Translations under genes and position numbers: made by a program
In this document: piece by piece, positions 37,284 through 49,011 of the stretch
Numbering within the stretch: position 1 is the first letter of the stretch
How the letters are laid out: every line of letters starts with the position of its first letter
The notes under the pieces: generated by a model
The model's input: the letters and a program-made list of their open reading frames with translations, nothing else
What the model was told of the DNA's origin: nothing
The model's database searches: none
Source: Candidatus Sumerlaeia bacterium
GTDB taxonomy: Bacteria > Sumerlaeota > Sumerlaeia > SLMS01 > JANRJK01
Assembly (NCBI GenBank): GCA_033764015.1
Contig: JANRJK010000014.1
Location: 1-64,000 of the forward strand
Direction: 5' to 3'
Length of the DNA stretch: 64,000 nt

Positions 37284-38684
37284 TCAGTCCTCCGCCGTGC
37301 CGTCGTCCGCCATCCGCACGATGCGCGGGTGGAACGAGGCGAGCGCCTCGACCAGGTCCGCCTGCGCGGCCATCACCTGCTCGATCGGCTTGTAGGCCTG
37401 CGGCGCCTCGTCCACACCGGCGGAGAGCAGTTCGACGCCGCGCTCCTCGAGCCACTTCTTCATCGCGTTGCGCGTGATCGAGTTCTTCGCGGCGGTGCGG
37501 CTCATGGCGCGGCCCGCGCCGTGCGCCGCGGAGTCGAGGCTGTCCGGCGCGCCCTTGCCGCGCACGACGAAGCCCGGCGCGCCCATGCTGCCGGGGATCA
37601 CGCCCAGCACGCCCGCGCCCGCCGGCGTGGCGCCCTTGCGGTGCACCACCACCCGCTCGCCGCCGTGCTCCTCGATCCACGCGAAGTTGTGGTGGTTCTC
37701 GATCTGCAGCACGGGGTCGAGCCCCGCCGCGCGCAGCACGTGCCGGTGGATGCAGTCGTGGTTCGCGGCGGCGTACTCGCCCGCCAGCTCCATCGAGTTC
37801 CAGTACTGGTCGCCGAGGTCCGACCCGAGTTCGAGCCACGCGAGGCGCAGGTGCGACTTGGGCAGCTTCGAGCGGTCCATCGCCGCGCGCGAGAAGCGGT
37901 CCGCGATGGTGGCGCCGAAGCCGCGCGAGCCGGAATGCGACAGCAGCGCAAGGTACGCGCCGGGCTCGAGACCCAGCTCCGCGCGTTCGAGGCGTAGCTC
38001 GCCCCACTCGACGAAGTGGTTGCCGGAGCCCGACGTGCCGAGCTGCGCGCTCGCCTTTCCGTGGAGCTGGCGGATCTCCGTCGGCACGCGGTCCCAGATC
38101 GGCGAGTCGAGCACCGCGTGCTGGCGGCGCTCGCTCGCCTGGAACTCCGCGCCCGCGTTGAACCGCGTCTCGGACACGAGGGCCTTGCGCAACCGGTCGC
38201 GCCAGCCGCCGAGGCGCGAGGCGGGCTCGCCGACGATCGACAGCTTCATGCGGCAGGCGATGTCCACGCCGACCGCGTAGGGAATCACGGCGCCGCGCGT
38301 GGCGAGCACGCCGCCGATCGGCAGCCCGTAGCCGAGGTGGCCGTCGGGCATCTGCGCGCCGCGGACCGCGACCGGGAGCCGGCACGCGGCGTCCATCTGT
38401 TCCAGCGCGGCGGCGTCGATCTGCTCCGCGCCCCAAACGCGGTACGGCACGGCTTCCCCGCGGAGGACCGGGGCCCGCAGCGCCGCGAGGAGCGCGGCCA
38501 TTCCCGCCAGCCTGGCGTCCCGGTTCGCGGACGGGTCCGCGCGCAGCGACTCGAGGCGCGCCAGCGCGTCCTCCGGGGAGGCGCCCGCGGCGAGTTCGCC
38601 GCGCAGCCATTCGACCGCCGCGCCGAAGACGGGGCCGCCGGGCCACTGGATCGAAAGGAGCAGGGCGGATTCGCGGATTTCCAT
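37284..38684 (-). CDS. rtcB: RNA ligase RtcB family protein
   Basis: MPDGHLGYGLPIGG, GVDIAC, GSGNHF, HSGSRG, HHN, HRKGAT, PGSMG, HGAGR. Confidence 0.95.
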   Translation of the reverse strand: MEIRESALLLSIQWPGGPVFGAAVEWLRGELAAGASPEDALARLESLRADPSANRDARLAGMAALLAALRAPVLRGEAVPYRVWGAEQIDAAALEQMDAACRLPVAVRGAQMPDGHLGYGLPIGGVLATRGAVIPYAVGVDIACRMKLSIVGEPASRLGGWRDRLRKALVSETRFNAGAEFQASERRQHAVLDSPIWDRVPTEIRQLHGKASAQLGTSGSGNHFVEWGELRLERAELGLEPGAYLALLSHSGSRGFGATIADRFSRAAMDRSKLPKSHLRLAWLELGSDLGDQYWNSMELAGEYAAANHDCIHRHVLRAAGLDPVLQIENHHNFAWIEEHGGERVVVHRKGATPAGAGVLGVIPGSMGAPGFVVRGKGAPDSLDSAAHGAGRAMSRTAAKNSITRNAMKKWLEERGVELLSAGVDEAPQAYKPIEQVMAAQADLVEALASFHPRIVRMADDGTAED

Positions 38685-38763
38685 GATGACAGCGCGGAGG
38701 CGGCGCGTAAGGTGGCGTTGGAAGGTTGTTCCTTCCCCACGATTCCACCGCGGCGGCGGCTTC

Positions 38764-39873
38764 ATGTCGAGCGACACCGGAGGGCGCAGCGCTTTCTCCC
38801 CGTGGCAGCGGCGGCTCGACCCGTCGCTGGCGCGGGCGGAGTCGCTCGCGCCTTTCGCGGCGTTCCGCGCGGCGCGGGCGCGCGGGGGCCCGGCCCGGCG
38901 CCTGCGCGCGGACGCGGCGCTGGCGCTCCGCGAGTGCCGCCGCGCGTGGCGCTTGGCATTGCTGCTCGGGCCGGCGGCGCTGTGGCTGCTCGCGGGCTGG
39001 GCGCCGGTCGAAGCGTTCGTCGCGGCCGCCCTCGGCGCGCTCGCGACGGCGGGTTGGTGGGGCGCGGACCGGTCCGGACTGCTATCGGCCGCGCAGGAGC
39101 GCCCCCGCCGCGCGGATGGCCTGGTCGAGCTGCTCCTCGCGCCGCGGGGGCGCCGCGCCGAGCTGGAGGACCTTTGGCTCGCCGGCGCCGACGGGCGCGA
39201 ACTCGCCGAGTCCACCGCCGCGGAGTACCGCGAGCGCCTCGGGCCCTGGCTTTGGGCGCTGGTGCTCGCGCCCGGGCTCGCGGCGCCGTTCCATGCGTGG
39301 GGCGCGCTGGCCGACTCGGGCGCGGTCGCGGTTCTTGCGCTGCCCGCGGCGGCGCTGCTGGTGCTCGCGCTGCGGCGCTACGCCGAGACCGCCGCGCTGC
39401 TCGGCGCGTCGAACCTGCTGCTGGCGCTAGTGCGGCGCTGGACGGCGCGCACCAAGTCCGGCGTGCTGGACGAGATCGCCGCGCCGTTCGAGGAGCACCC
39501 GCTCGAAGTGCTTCTGGTAGGCGTGCTGCCCGTGATGGTGCTCCTTGGCGGGGGCGGCGTGGCGGTCGGCGCGTGGGCCGCGGGGGGCGCGATGACGGTG
39601 TTCGAAGTGGCCGCGGGCGTCGAAGTCGCCGGACGCTTCGCACTCGAGCGCGCGGCCGGCGCGGCGCTCGGCCTCGCGGCTCCGGCGGCGGCGCTCTGGT
39701 GCATGGCGTGGTGCCTCGAACACGGCGCGGACCGCCGCCGCGAGTGGCTGCTGTCCTTCGCCGACGAAGGCTTCCGCGCGTACTTCGCGCACGACGTGGC
39801 GGGCGAGGAGATCGCACCGCTCACGCGGCGGCAACTCCTCGGCGCCGGCGCGCTCCGCCCCGCGAGGGCGTAG
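38764..39873 (+). CDS. Hypothetical multi-pass membrane protein
   Basis: Several TM segments; LEDLWLAG motif reminiscent of ABC-2-like permeases. Confidence 0.55.
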   Translation: MSSDTGGRSAFSPWQRRLDPSLARAESLAPFAAFRAARARGGPARRLRADAALALRECRRAWRLALLLGPAALWLLAGWAPVEAFVAAALGALATAGWWGADRSGLLSAAQERPRRADGLVELLLAPRGRRAELEDLWLAGADGRELAESTAAEYRERLGPWLWALVLAPGLAAPFHAWGALADSGAVAVLALPAAALLVLALRRYAETAALLGASNLLLALVRRWTARTKSGVLDEIAAPFEEHPLEVLLVGVLPVMVLLGGGGVAVGAWAAGGAMTVFEVAAGVEVAGRFALERAAGAALGLAAPAAALWCMAWCLEHGADRRREWLLSFADEGFRAYFAHDVAGEEIAPLTRRQLLGAGALRPARA

Positions 39874-39894
39874 GGGCTACTCGCCGGGGATGGC

Positions 39895-40470
39895 CTACCA
39901 GGCGTCGCCCATCTCGCGGCGTCTTCGCAGCGCAAGGCGCTGAAGGAAGAGCGGCGCCGCCAGCAGCGCGACTCCGGATGGCAGGCAGAGGAGACTCGAT
40001 GACTGTCCAAAGAGGCTGATGAAGCAGAGCGCCGTCGCCGCAATCGCCGCGCACAGCGCTGCGGTCGCGCCGCTGGCGATCACCGCCTGCAGGCCCCATG
40101 GCGTGTTCCGGTGCGCCATGAGCAGCAAGAAGCAGTAGGCGCTGAAGCCGATATATGCATAGCCCGCGGACCCGTACACGGTCATCAAGAACAACTTCGA
40201 AGCCTGCGGTGGCTGCGGGAAGTAGGTGATGAGGGCTAGCACGCCGATGGGTGCGGGAAAGATGCTCCACAACAGCGGACTGACCCGGCTCCAGAAGTGG
40301 TCGTGATAGAACTCCCGCGCTTGGGTGGTCGTGACGCGGAACTCGTCGCGGAATGCGTACGCGCGCGCCCGGCAGATCGCCCACGCCAACTACAGCGCGG
40401 CGGGCATCGCCGCCACCCAAGCGCCGAAATGTACGAAGCCAACCCTTAGAGCGAGCGCGTCGAGTCCCAT
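39895..40470 (-). pseudogene. Membrane protein paralog interrupted by an in-frame TAG
   Basis: ATG 40470, TAG at 40390-40392; 192 codons vs 193 for the neighbour; shares AR.YA.RDE.R.T and RRRE(M/L)GDAW with it. Confidence 0.65.
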
Positions 40471-40515
40471 GCGGCCCAGGAGAGCGCAGACGCGCGCCCC
40501 GCGCGATCCGAGCGG

Positions 40516-41094
40516 CTACTCCACCCCGTACCACGCATCGCCGAGCTCGCGGCGGCGGGCCTCGGTTTTCCGGAGCGCGAACGCCACCACCCGCGCCGTC
40601 AGCAGCACGTAGACCCCGATCCACACGTAGACCGGAATGTCGGAGAGCTCGAGATAAACCGCGGCCAGCACGTACAGGAACGTCGCGGTGGCGACGCCGG
40701 CGGAGGCGATGGCGCAGCCCTGCGCGCCGAGCACGCCCCAGTGCAGCCCGGACGGCGCGCGGCGCACCGCCGCGAGCGCCCCGAGGACGGACACCGCCAG
40801 GATCCACGCCGCGTACAGGTTCAGCGCGAGCAACGGCCAGAGGTCGGTCGAGTCGAGGGCGATCATCGCGTTCGCCGCCAGCCAGAAGGAGCCCGGGTAG
40901 AGCACCCACGGGCGGAGCAGCTTGCGCAGGCGCCCGAAGAACCACTCGTCCATGGGCTTGGGTGTCGCGCGGTGCTCGTCGCGGGCCGCGTACTCCCGCG
41001 CCAGCAGCACCGCCCGCGCCCAGACCAGCGTCGGGCCGATGGCGAGCAGGAAGGTCAGCAGGGTGCCGAAGAGCAGGGCGGGAATGAAACGCAT
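40516..41094 (-). CDS. Hypothetical membrane protein (intact paralog)
   Basis: MRFIPALL..., about 5 TMs, ends [13 protein letters not shown]. Confidence 0.7.
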   Translation of the reverse strand: MRFIPALLFGTLLTFLLAIGPTLVWARAVLLAREYAARDEHRATPKPMDEWFFGRLRKLLRPWVLYPGSFWLAANAMIALDSTDLWPLLALNLYAAWILAVSVLGALAAVRRAPSGLHWGVLGAQGCAIASAGVATATFLYVLAAVYLELSDIPVYVWIGVYVLLTARVVAFALRKTEARRRELGDAWYGVE

Positions 41095-41234
41095 GGCCGG
41101 AGGTTGCCCGGGGTGGCGGGCGGCGGCAAGGGCCGCGCCCCCGAACGCTTGACCCATCCGGGGGCGGGGCGCAGCGTAGCAGGCAGTTCGGCGCGGTCCG
41201 GCCGCGCCTTCCCATCCACGAGCAGGAACACGAC

Positions 41235-42128
41235 ATGTCCATTCTGGTCGATGATTCGACACGCCTCGTCATCCAGGGCATCACGGGCCGCGAGGGCCTT
41301 TTCCACGGCGAGCAGATGAAGGCCTACGGGACGAAGCTGGTCGCCGGGGTGACCCCCGGCAAGGGCGGGCAGACCGTGTTGGACGGCGTGCCGGTGTTCA
41401 ACACCGTGCGCGAGTCGGTGGAGAAGGCGGGCGCGAACACGTCGATCATCTACGTGCCGGCGAAGTTCGCCAAGGACGCCGCGCTCGAGGCGATCGAGTC
41501 CGGCGTGCGGCTCTTCATCCTCATCACCGAGGGCATTCCGACGCTCGAGATGATGCAGGTTTACCACGAGGCCAAGCGCGCCGGCGTCCGCTTCATCGGG
41601 CCGAACTGCCCCGGCGTCATCACGCCGGGGCAGGCGAAGTGCGGCATCATGCCGGGCCACATCCACAAGCCCGGGCGCGTCGGCCTCATCTCGCGCTCCG
41701 GCACGCTCACCTACGAAGTCGTCTGGGAAATGACCCAGGCCGGCATCGGGCAGTCGACCTGCGTGGGCATCGGCGGCGACCCCATCATCGGCACGACGCA
41801 CCGCGACGCGCTGATGCTCTTCGAGGACGACCCCGAGACGGACGCGGTGATCCTGATCGGCGAGATCGGCGGCTCGGACGAGGAGGAGGCGGCGCGTTTC
41901 GCGCGCGACCACATGACGAAGCCCGTGGTGGGCTTCATCGCCGGCCTGACAGCGCCGGAAGGCAAGCGCATGGGGCACGCCGGCGCGATCATCAGCGGCG
42001 GCAAGGGCACCGCGCAGGAAAAGCTCCGCATCATGCGCGAGTGCGGCATCCGCACGGCGGAACGCCCCGACCAGATCGTCGGGCTGGTGCAGGAAGCGCT
42101 GGCGGGGAAGATGGCGGGGGCGCGCTAA
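41235..42128 (+). CDS. sucD: Succinyl-CoA synthetase alpha subunit
   Basis: [41 protein letters not shown]. Confidence 0.97.
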   Translation: MSILVDDSTRLVIQGITGREGLFHGEQMKAYGTKLVAGVTPGKGGQTVLDGVPVFNTVRESVEKAGANTSIIYVPAKFAKDAALEAIESGVRLFILITEGIPTLEMMQVYHEAKRAGVRFIGPNCPGVITPGQAKCGIMPGHIHKPGRVGLISRSGTLTYEVVWEMTQAGIGQSTCVGIGGDPIIGTTHRDALMLFEDDPETDAVILIGEIGGSDEEEAARFARDHMTKPVVGFIAGLTAPEGKRMGHAGAIISGGKGTAQEKLRIMRECGIRTAERPDQIVGLVQEALAGKMAGAR

Positions 42129-42137
42129 GCCGCCCCC

Positions 42138-43439
42138 CTACCGCACCTTGGCCAGGGGCCGCGGGAACACGTAGAGCGTCCCCTCGACCAGGTCCTTCAC
42201 ATCCAGTTCGTCGTCCGAAAGCGCCGCGGTGTCCATGTCGCGGAGCAGCAGCCCGAAGCTGTCCTCCGCGCGCGCGTGGTAGGCCAGCCCCCCGCCCAGC
42301 ACGCCGACCGCGTCGCCCACCACGCCCCAAGTGGAGCCGTGCACCGGGTCCACGCCGAGCGGCGGCGCCTCGTCGAGGCGGATGAATGCGTGGTCCACCC
42401 AGGAACGCAGGTATTGCTGGAGCCCCGGCAGGCGGCTCGAGCGTCCGAGGAAGTAGAGCACCGGCGGCTTGGTGGCGTTGCCTTCGTCGCGGGTGGTGGC
42501 GCGCTCCAGGGCTCGCTTGGCGAAGCGGGCGATTTGCAGTGCGAAGCGCGTGCAGTCGATCTGCGCGGTGCTCTTGCGGACGAGGAAGAGCGGCGAGGGC
42601 GTGACTTCCGGCGGGAAGAGCAGCGAGCCGATGCGGTCGTTCACGCGCGACAGCTCCTCGACCGAGGGCGTGATCGCGGAGAAGTAGTGCATGTCGTCGC
42701 GCGCGAGGCCGACCGGGATCGAGTCGTGGTAGATCCGCCCGCGGCTGTCGCGGACCGTGAAGAGCGTGCGGCACTTGCCCACGTCCAGGAGCATCGTCAT
42801 GCGGTCCTCCTCGACGCCGGGCAGCGTCGGGAGCAACGCGCGGGCGGCGCGCTGGGAGGTGACGAGGCCGAGGAAGTCGCCGCCGGAGGCCGCCTCGTAC
42901 TGCGAGCCGACCACGCGAAGGTCGTCGAGCCGCAGGTAGAGCAGACTGGTGATCGAGCGCCCGTCGGGGAGCGGCCGTTCGGCGAGCATCACCGCGCGGG
43001 GGAACAGGTGCGGGTTGGCGCTGTGCGTGCGGCGCAGGAGTTCAAGCCGGCGCTGGTTGCGCGCCTTCTTGTTGTCGGCGCCGAAGGTGCGCACCTCGGT
43101 GACAAGCTCCGACGGCATGATGCCGAGCACCGGGCGACGGAGCCGTTCGAGGTCGCGCAGCCGGCGGAAGCCCTCGGCGATGCCCTCCGGGTCGGTGTAC
43201 GTGAGCTCGTCCGAGTCCATGAAGATCGGATGGCGGTAGCGCGTTGTCGTCTCGACGAGGTGGTTCAGTTCGAGGACGCGCGCGCCGGCGACGGCGATCC
43301 GCGCGCCATCGCGCTCGACCGCTCCGCAGGCCAGTGTCGAGCCGTCGATCAGGCAAACGCCGACCGCCTCGCTGGTGGGCGCACCGTTGGGCGCGGCGCC
43401 GGGGGCGGGAACGGCGGCGCTGTGCTTGTCTGGGCTCAT
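42138..43439 (-). CDS. Divergent PilM/actin-like fold protein
   Basis: LLDVGKCRTLFTV, IPVG, LYFLGRSSRLPGLQQYL, terminal GGGL. Confidence 0.55.
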   Translation of the reverse strand: MSPDKHSAAVPAPGAAPNGAPTSEAVGVCLIDGSTLACGAVERDGARIAVAGARVLELNHLVETTTRYRHPIFMDSDELTYTDPEGIAEGFRRLRDLERLRRPVLGIMPSELVTEVRTFGADNKKARNQRRLELLRRTHSANPHLFPRAVMLAERPLPDGRSITSLLYLRLDDLRVVGSQYEAASGGDFLGLVTSQRAARALLPTLPGVEEDRMTMLLDVGKCRTLFTVRDSRGRIYHDSIPVGLARDDMHYFSAITPSVEELSRVNDRIGSLLFPPEVTPSPLFLVRKSTAQIDCTRFALQIARFAKRALERATTRDEGNATKPPVLYFLGRSSRLPGLQQYLRSWVDHAFIRLDEAPPLGVDPVHGSTWGVVGDAVGVLGGGLAYHARAEDSFGLLLRDMDTAALSDDELDVKDLVEGTLYVFPRPLAKVR

Positions 43440-44263
43440 AGTACGGATGGAGTAGCGCGGAAATCTCCGGGTTGGCAAGCCTCCTGATCGGAGGAACCGC
43501 GCCCGGCGGGCCCCGCGTCGACCCCGATATAGGCGGCCGTCATGATCGTCCCGCGCGCCTCCGCGTCGCGGCGGTGCGACGGGAAGTCGCCGGAACCGCA
43601 GCGGGTGCACTCCGGCTCCGTGTGGATCGCGGCGGGATCGAGGCCGGCGCGCTCCGCCTGCAGCGCGTTCAACGCGCGCAGGTCGATGAGCCGCCCGTCG
43701 CGGTAGCGGTGCTCATCGCCGAAGCGGTCGGCGAACTGCGCGGCGAGTTCCGGCGAGACCTCGTAGCAGCCCCCGCAGATCGAGGGGCCGATCCAGCAGC
43801 CGAGTTCGCCCGCCGCCATTCCCGCGGCGGCGAAGGCCGCGGCGCCTTCCGCGAGGATGTTCCCGTAGGTGCCGCGCCAACCGGCGTGCAGTACGGCGGC
43901 CGCGCTCCCCCGCCGGTCCCAAAGCACCACTGGCAGGCAGTCCGCGGTGCGGATCACCAGCACGGTCCCGGGCTCGCGGGTGAAGAGGCCGTCGCACTCC
44001 GGCAGGAGCTCGGAACCCCCGCCGGGGGCGGGCTCGCGGACCGCGGCGCCGTGGACCTGTCCCGCGAAGACGGCGCGGCGCGGAGGGCGCCCGTCGATGC
44101 CGCCGAGCAGCTCGAGCAGCCGCGCCGAGAGGTTCTCCCACGGCTCCCGCGCGCGGGGTCCGAGCGCCCGCGTGGTCGCGACGACGCGGAGCGCGGGGGG
44201 CAGGGCGGCCTGGGGCGAAGGGCGCAGGTATTGGCGCGCGGGAAGGTCGGGCGTGGCGTGCAC
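43436..44263 (-). CDS. pgeF: PgeF/YfiH family purine nucleoside phosphorylase (laccase-domain protein)
   Basis: QVHG, TADCLPV, HAGWRG, IGPSICGGCYEV, SHRR. Confidence 0.92.
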   Translation of the reverse strand: MHATPDLPARQYLRPSPQAALPPALRVVATTRALGPRAREPWENLSARLLELLGGIDGRPPRRAVFAGQVHGAAVREPAPGGGSELLPECDGLFTREPGTVLVIRTADCLPVVLWDRRGSAAAVLHAGWRGTYGNILAEGAAAFAAAGMAAGELGCWIGPSICGGCYEVSPELAAQFADRFGDEHRYRDGRLIDLRALNALQAERAGLDPAAIHTEPECTRCGSGDFPSHRRDAEARGTIMTAAYIGVDAGPAGRGSSDQEACQPGDFRATPSVL

Positions 44264-44314
44264 GGCGCCTTGCTGCGCGGGTGGGGTGAAGACCGGCAAG
44301 GCGATTCGACCCGC

Positions 44315-46849
44315 TCAGTCGCGGGCTTCCGACTCGGCGCGTAGCTTTCCAAGCCACTCCGCCTGCCGCTCGAGTTCCGCGATGCGCGCGGCGGGGGCGG
44401 CGCGGAGCGGCTCGGGCAGGAGCGCGACCTGCCGGCGGTAGGCGTCGAGCGCGCGCCGGACCAGGAGCTCGCGGCGCGCGCGGTCGATCTCCGGCGCGGC
44501 GGCGAAGCGGTGCGTCGTCGCGGCGAGGTTCCCCCAAAGGCGCGGGTCGTGCGGGAAGGCTTCGGCGGCGCGGAGCAGCTCGTCGAGGGCGCCGTCCTGG
44601 TCGCCCTCCGTTTCGAGGTAGCCGGCCAGGATCGCGCGGAGCGCCGGGGCCTGGTCCTTGGGGGCGATGGAGGCGGCGAGGCGGAGCGACTCGATGGCGG
44701 GCGGGCGCTCGTCCGCGCGCCAATGGGCGTCGGCGCGGAGCTGCCACAATTCCCAGTCGCGGGGGCGGCTCTCCGTGGCCTGCGCGAGCAGCCGCGCCGC
44801 GAAGCCGTGGTCGCCCGCTTCGTGGGAGGCGTAGGCGAGCTCGACCGTCGCGCGGCGGCTGCGCAGGATCCGGGGCGTGCGCTCGCCCACCGCGGTCCGC
44901 AGGCGGGCGGCGGCCCGCGCGTCCGTCATGCGCCGCAGCTCGCCCACCGCGAGCGACACGAGGGAGAACATGCGCGGGTTGCGCCGCATCGCCTCCTCGA
45001 GGCGCGCCGCGCGGACCGCGTCGGGCACGCCCTCCGGCACGTCGCTCCTGGCGTAGAGCGTGTTCCACACGCGGTCCGTCTTGGGGGCTCGCCACAGGAA
45101 GCGGTAGTTGTCGCGGCGCAGGGGGCTTTCGTGGATCCGCGCCGCGATCTCCGGGTAGGGGTACGCGGCCCTCGCGGGGTCACCGTCGTCGTGCTGCAGG
45201 AAGATCAGCAGGTACTCGGGCCGCGCCTCGCCGAGGACGTACTCGCAGTTGCGCGAGAGGTGCGCCTCGAACTCGCGGCGCTTGGCGGACGCGCGGGCGA
45301 AGTCGCGCTCCGCGCCGGAGAGCTGCTCCTCCGTGCGCCCCCAGTCGCGGAGCTGGCGCGCGTAGAGCTCCTCCGCCGTCGGAAGGTCGCCGCGCACCGA
45401 CGGCGCGTGGCCGAGGTACGGGTCGCAGAGGCCGCAGCCGTCGAGCAGCGAAAGGTGGCGGGCGAACCAGAGCGGCTGGCCGATGTCGCTCATGAAGATC
45501 GCCGCGCCGTCGCGCGTGTGGAGAAGCAGGTGTTCGGACACCTCGTTCAGCGGCCCGTGGAACCCCTCCGCCAGGCGCTCGCGCACGAAGGCCGCGCGCC
45601 ACCAGCCCGCCTCGCGCGGCATGTCGATCGGGTCGGGCCCGAAAATGTAGAGGTAGCCGAAGCGGAACTGCTCCTGCGCGACGCCCGCGAGCGCGAGGAC
45701 CCCGAGCCCCGCGACCGGGCCCGCGAGCCAGCGGCGCGCGCGGACCGCCTCCTCCAGCGCGGCGCCGAGCGCGACCGCCCCGGCGACCGCGAGGAACGGC
45801 AGGGCGACCTGCTGGAACCGGAAGTTGGGCATCCAGTCGCCGTCCACGTGCCAGAGGTAGTAGGCGAGCAGGGCGGTCGGGGCGAGGAGCAGTAGCCGCG
45901 CCGCGCGGGGCTGCGCCAGCAGCGCGAGCGCCGAAAGGAGCCACCAGTTGAACCACCAGAACGAGGGGGCGGGCCCTCCGCGGAGGAGCCATCCCGCGGT
46001 GGCTGCGGCGCCCGCCCCCGGCGCAGGGACGGGCGGCGTCTGGCGCAGGAAGAAGTGCCCGAGGTGCGAGAGGCCCATGGGCCGGTCGGCGCGGATATCC
46101 ACAAGCCGCTGCTTTGCGTAGTAGGTGTTCGGCAGCCAGTCGCCGAAGTAGGCGACCTTCCATCCGTAGTACGCGGCGAACGGGATCGCGGCGAGCAGCG
46201 CCCACGCGCCGACGCGGCGCCAGAGCGTCCGGTCGCGCGCGAGCAGCCAAGCCATGTAGCCCGCGAGCGGAGACATGAAGTAGAGTGCGTCGATGCGCGT
46301 CATGGCGGCGAGGACCGCGAGGACCGGGCTGGCGAGGAGCGCGCGGCGGTCGTCGAACTCGCGGACCGCGCGCCAGTACGTGGCGCAGACGAGCAGCGCG
46401 GCGAGCGGCGTCTCGAGCCCCATCAGCGCCCAGTGGGCGAAGGACGCGTTCACCGCCAGGAAGGCGGGCGCGGCGAGGTTCAGCGCGTCCTCCCTGCCGC
46501 GGAGCAGCGCGGCGAAGCGCCACGCCACCGCCATGGTGCCAAGCGCGCAGGCCAGCCCGAGCAGCTTGGCCCAGAACATCGCGTCGCCGCCGAGCCAGAG
46601 CACCGGGACCATGGCGACGACCCAGAGGAAGTTGGTGAAGCCTTCCACGCGGGGGCCGCCCTCGTTGAAGACGAACCCGTGGCCGGAGGCCACCATGTCG
46701 GCGAAGCGCAGGCTGATGTAGGCGTCGTCGATCACGGCGTGCCAGTAGTAGGACGCCTGCCAGAGGAACAGCGCGGCGAGCGCGAGGAGGCCCGGCAGTT
46801 GGCGGAGCGCCGCGCGGGCGGGGGGCCGCGGAGGCCCGCCGGTATCCAT
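44315..46849 (-). CDS. GT-C-type membrane glycosyltransferase-like protein with C-terminal TPRs
   Basis: DDAYISLRFA, VEGFTNFLW, GLETPL, LPNTYYAK, GDWMPNFRF; many TMs; TPR-like tail. Confidence 0.7.
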   Translation of the reverse strand: MDTGGPPRPPARAALRQLPGLLALAALFLWQASYYWHAVIDDAYISLRFADMVASGHGFVFNEGGPRVEGFTNFLWVVAMVPVLWLGGDAMFWAKLLGLACALGTMAVAWRFAALLRGREDALNLAAPAFLAVNASFAHWALMGLETPLAALLVCATYWRAVREFDDRRALLASPVLAVLAAMTRIDALYFMSPLAGYMAWLLARDRTLWRRVGAWALLAAIPFAAYYGWKVAYFGDWLPNTYYAKQRLVDIRADRPMGLSHLGHFFLRQTPPVPAPGAGAAATAGWLLRGGPAPSFWWFNWWLLSALALLAQPRAARLLLLAPTALLAYYLWHVDGDWMPNFRFQQVALPFLAVAGAVALGAALEEAVRARRWLAGPVAGLGVLALAGVAQEQFRFGYLYIFGPDPIDMPREAGWWRAAFVRERLAEGFHGPLNEVSEHLLLHTRDGAAIFMSDIGQPLWFARHLSLLDGCGLCDPYLGHAPSVRGDLPTAEELYARQLRDWGRTEEQLSGAERDFARASAKRREFEAHLSRNCEYVLGEARPEYLLIFLQHDDGDPARAAYPYPEIAARIHESPLRRDNYRFLWRAPKTDRVWNTLYARSDVPEGVPDAVRAARLEEAMRRNPRMFSLVSLAVGELRRMTDARAAARLRTAVGERTPRILRSRRATVELAYASHEAGDHGFAARLLAQATESRPRDWELWQLRADAHWRADERPPAIESLRLAASIAPKDQAPALRAILAGYLETEGDQDGALDELLRAAEAFPHDPRLWGNLAATTHRFAAAPEIDRARRELLVRRALDAYRRQVALLPEPLRAAPAARIAELERQAEWLGKLRAESEARD

Positions 46850-46868
46850 GGCGCGCGGCCCCGCGGCG

Positions 46869-48221
<1,353 letters not shown>

Positions 48222-48245
48222 CTGCGCTTTGCCGTCCGAGGGGGG

Positions 48246-49007
48246 TTATGGGCCCGGCGCCGGGGGCGCATCGGGGACTTCGGTCTCTTCGTCGGGGGCA
48301 TGGAGCCTCCCGAGCTGGTACGGTCGTGTGCGGACCACCCCCGGCGAGAGGATGCCGCCGCTCATGATCATCCGGAAGCCATCCTCGAGAGTGAGGTCCG
48401 TGTCGAGCACATCGCTGACCGGGTAAAACATCAGGAATCCCGTGGTCGGGTTGGGGGTCGTGGGCATGAAGACCGCCACCATTGCATCCTCGCCCTGGTG
48501 GACATGGACCTCGTTGGTGGCGAAGGCGACGCACCAGAATCCCCGAGCGGGGTACTGGATCATCACCACGCGCTTGTAGGACGCGCCGCGGTCCTGCGTC
48601 AGGGTCTGGATCACTTCCTTCGGCGTGATATAGAAGAACTTCACGACAGGGATGCGCGTGACGAAGCGCTCGCCGATCTGGATCAGCTCCTTCACCACGA
48701 GGAACTTGGAGAGCCAGCCGATCCCGACGATGACGCCGAATGCGATCGCGAGGGAGAAGACGCTGACGATGGTGCCGATCAGGTAGCCGAATTCGCCCTC
48801 CGGATCGATGGCGGAGCGCGCGCCATGGCGCACGTAATCACCGAATAGGCTGTCGGAGATGGCGAAGACGAGCATCACGGCCCAGACCGCCGCGTAGACG
48901 GGTACGATCACCAGGAGCCCCGCGATGAAGCTCTTGCGGAGCTGGGCGAAGGACTTGGCGGCCTTCTTCTTCGCGGGGGGCGGCGCGGGGGCCGGGGTGG
49001 CGTTCAG
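48246..49007 (-). CDS. DUF502 family membrane protein
   Basis: FIAGLLVIVP, RIPVVK, VFMPTTPNPTTGF, IMSGG; reading frame extends 5' of the tracked GTG, possibly to CTG 49007. Confidence 0.88.
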   Translation of the reverse strand: MNATPAPAPPPAKKKAAKSFAQLRKSFIAGLLVIVPVYAAVWAVMLVFAISDSLFGDYVRHGARSAIDPEGEFGYLIGTIVSVFSLAIAFGVIVGIGWLSKFLVVKELIQIGERFVTRIPVVKFFYITPKEVIQTLTQDRGASYKRVVMIQYPARGFWCVAFATNEVHVHQGEDAMVAVFMPTTPNPTTGFLMFYPVSDVLDTDLTLEDGFRMIMSGGILSPGVVRTRPYQLGRLHAPDEETEVPDAPPAPGP

Positions 49008-49011
49008 CGGA

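Noticed and set aside
37284..38684. RtcB as part of an RNA-repair/defence operon with the sigma-54 regulator
   Set aside because: No rtcA, TROVE/Ro or CARF-type RtcR nearby; the 46869 regulator has a receiver domain and is 8 kb away.
40390..40392. Amber recoding (pyrrolysine or alternative code)
   Set aside because: TAG is the genuine stop of zwf, GH31, comEC and others, and no pyl genes are seen.
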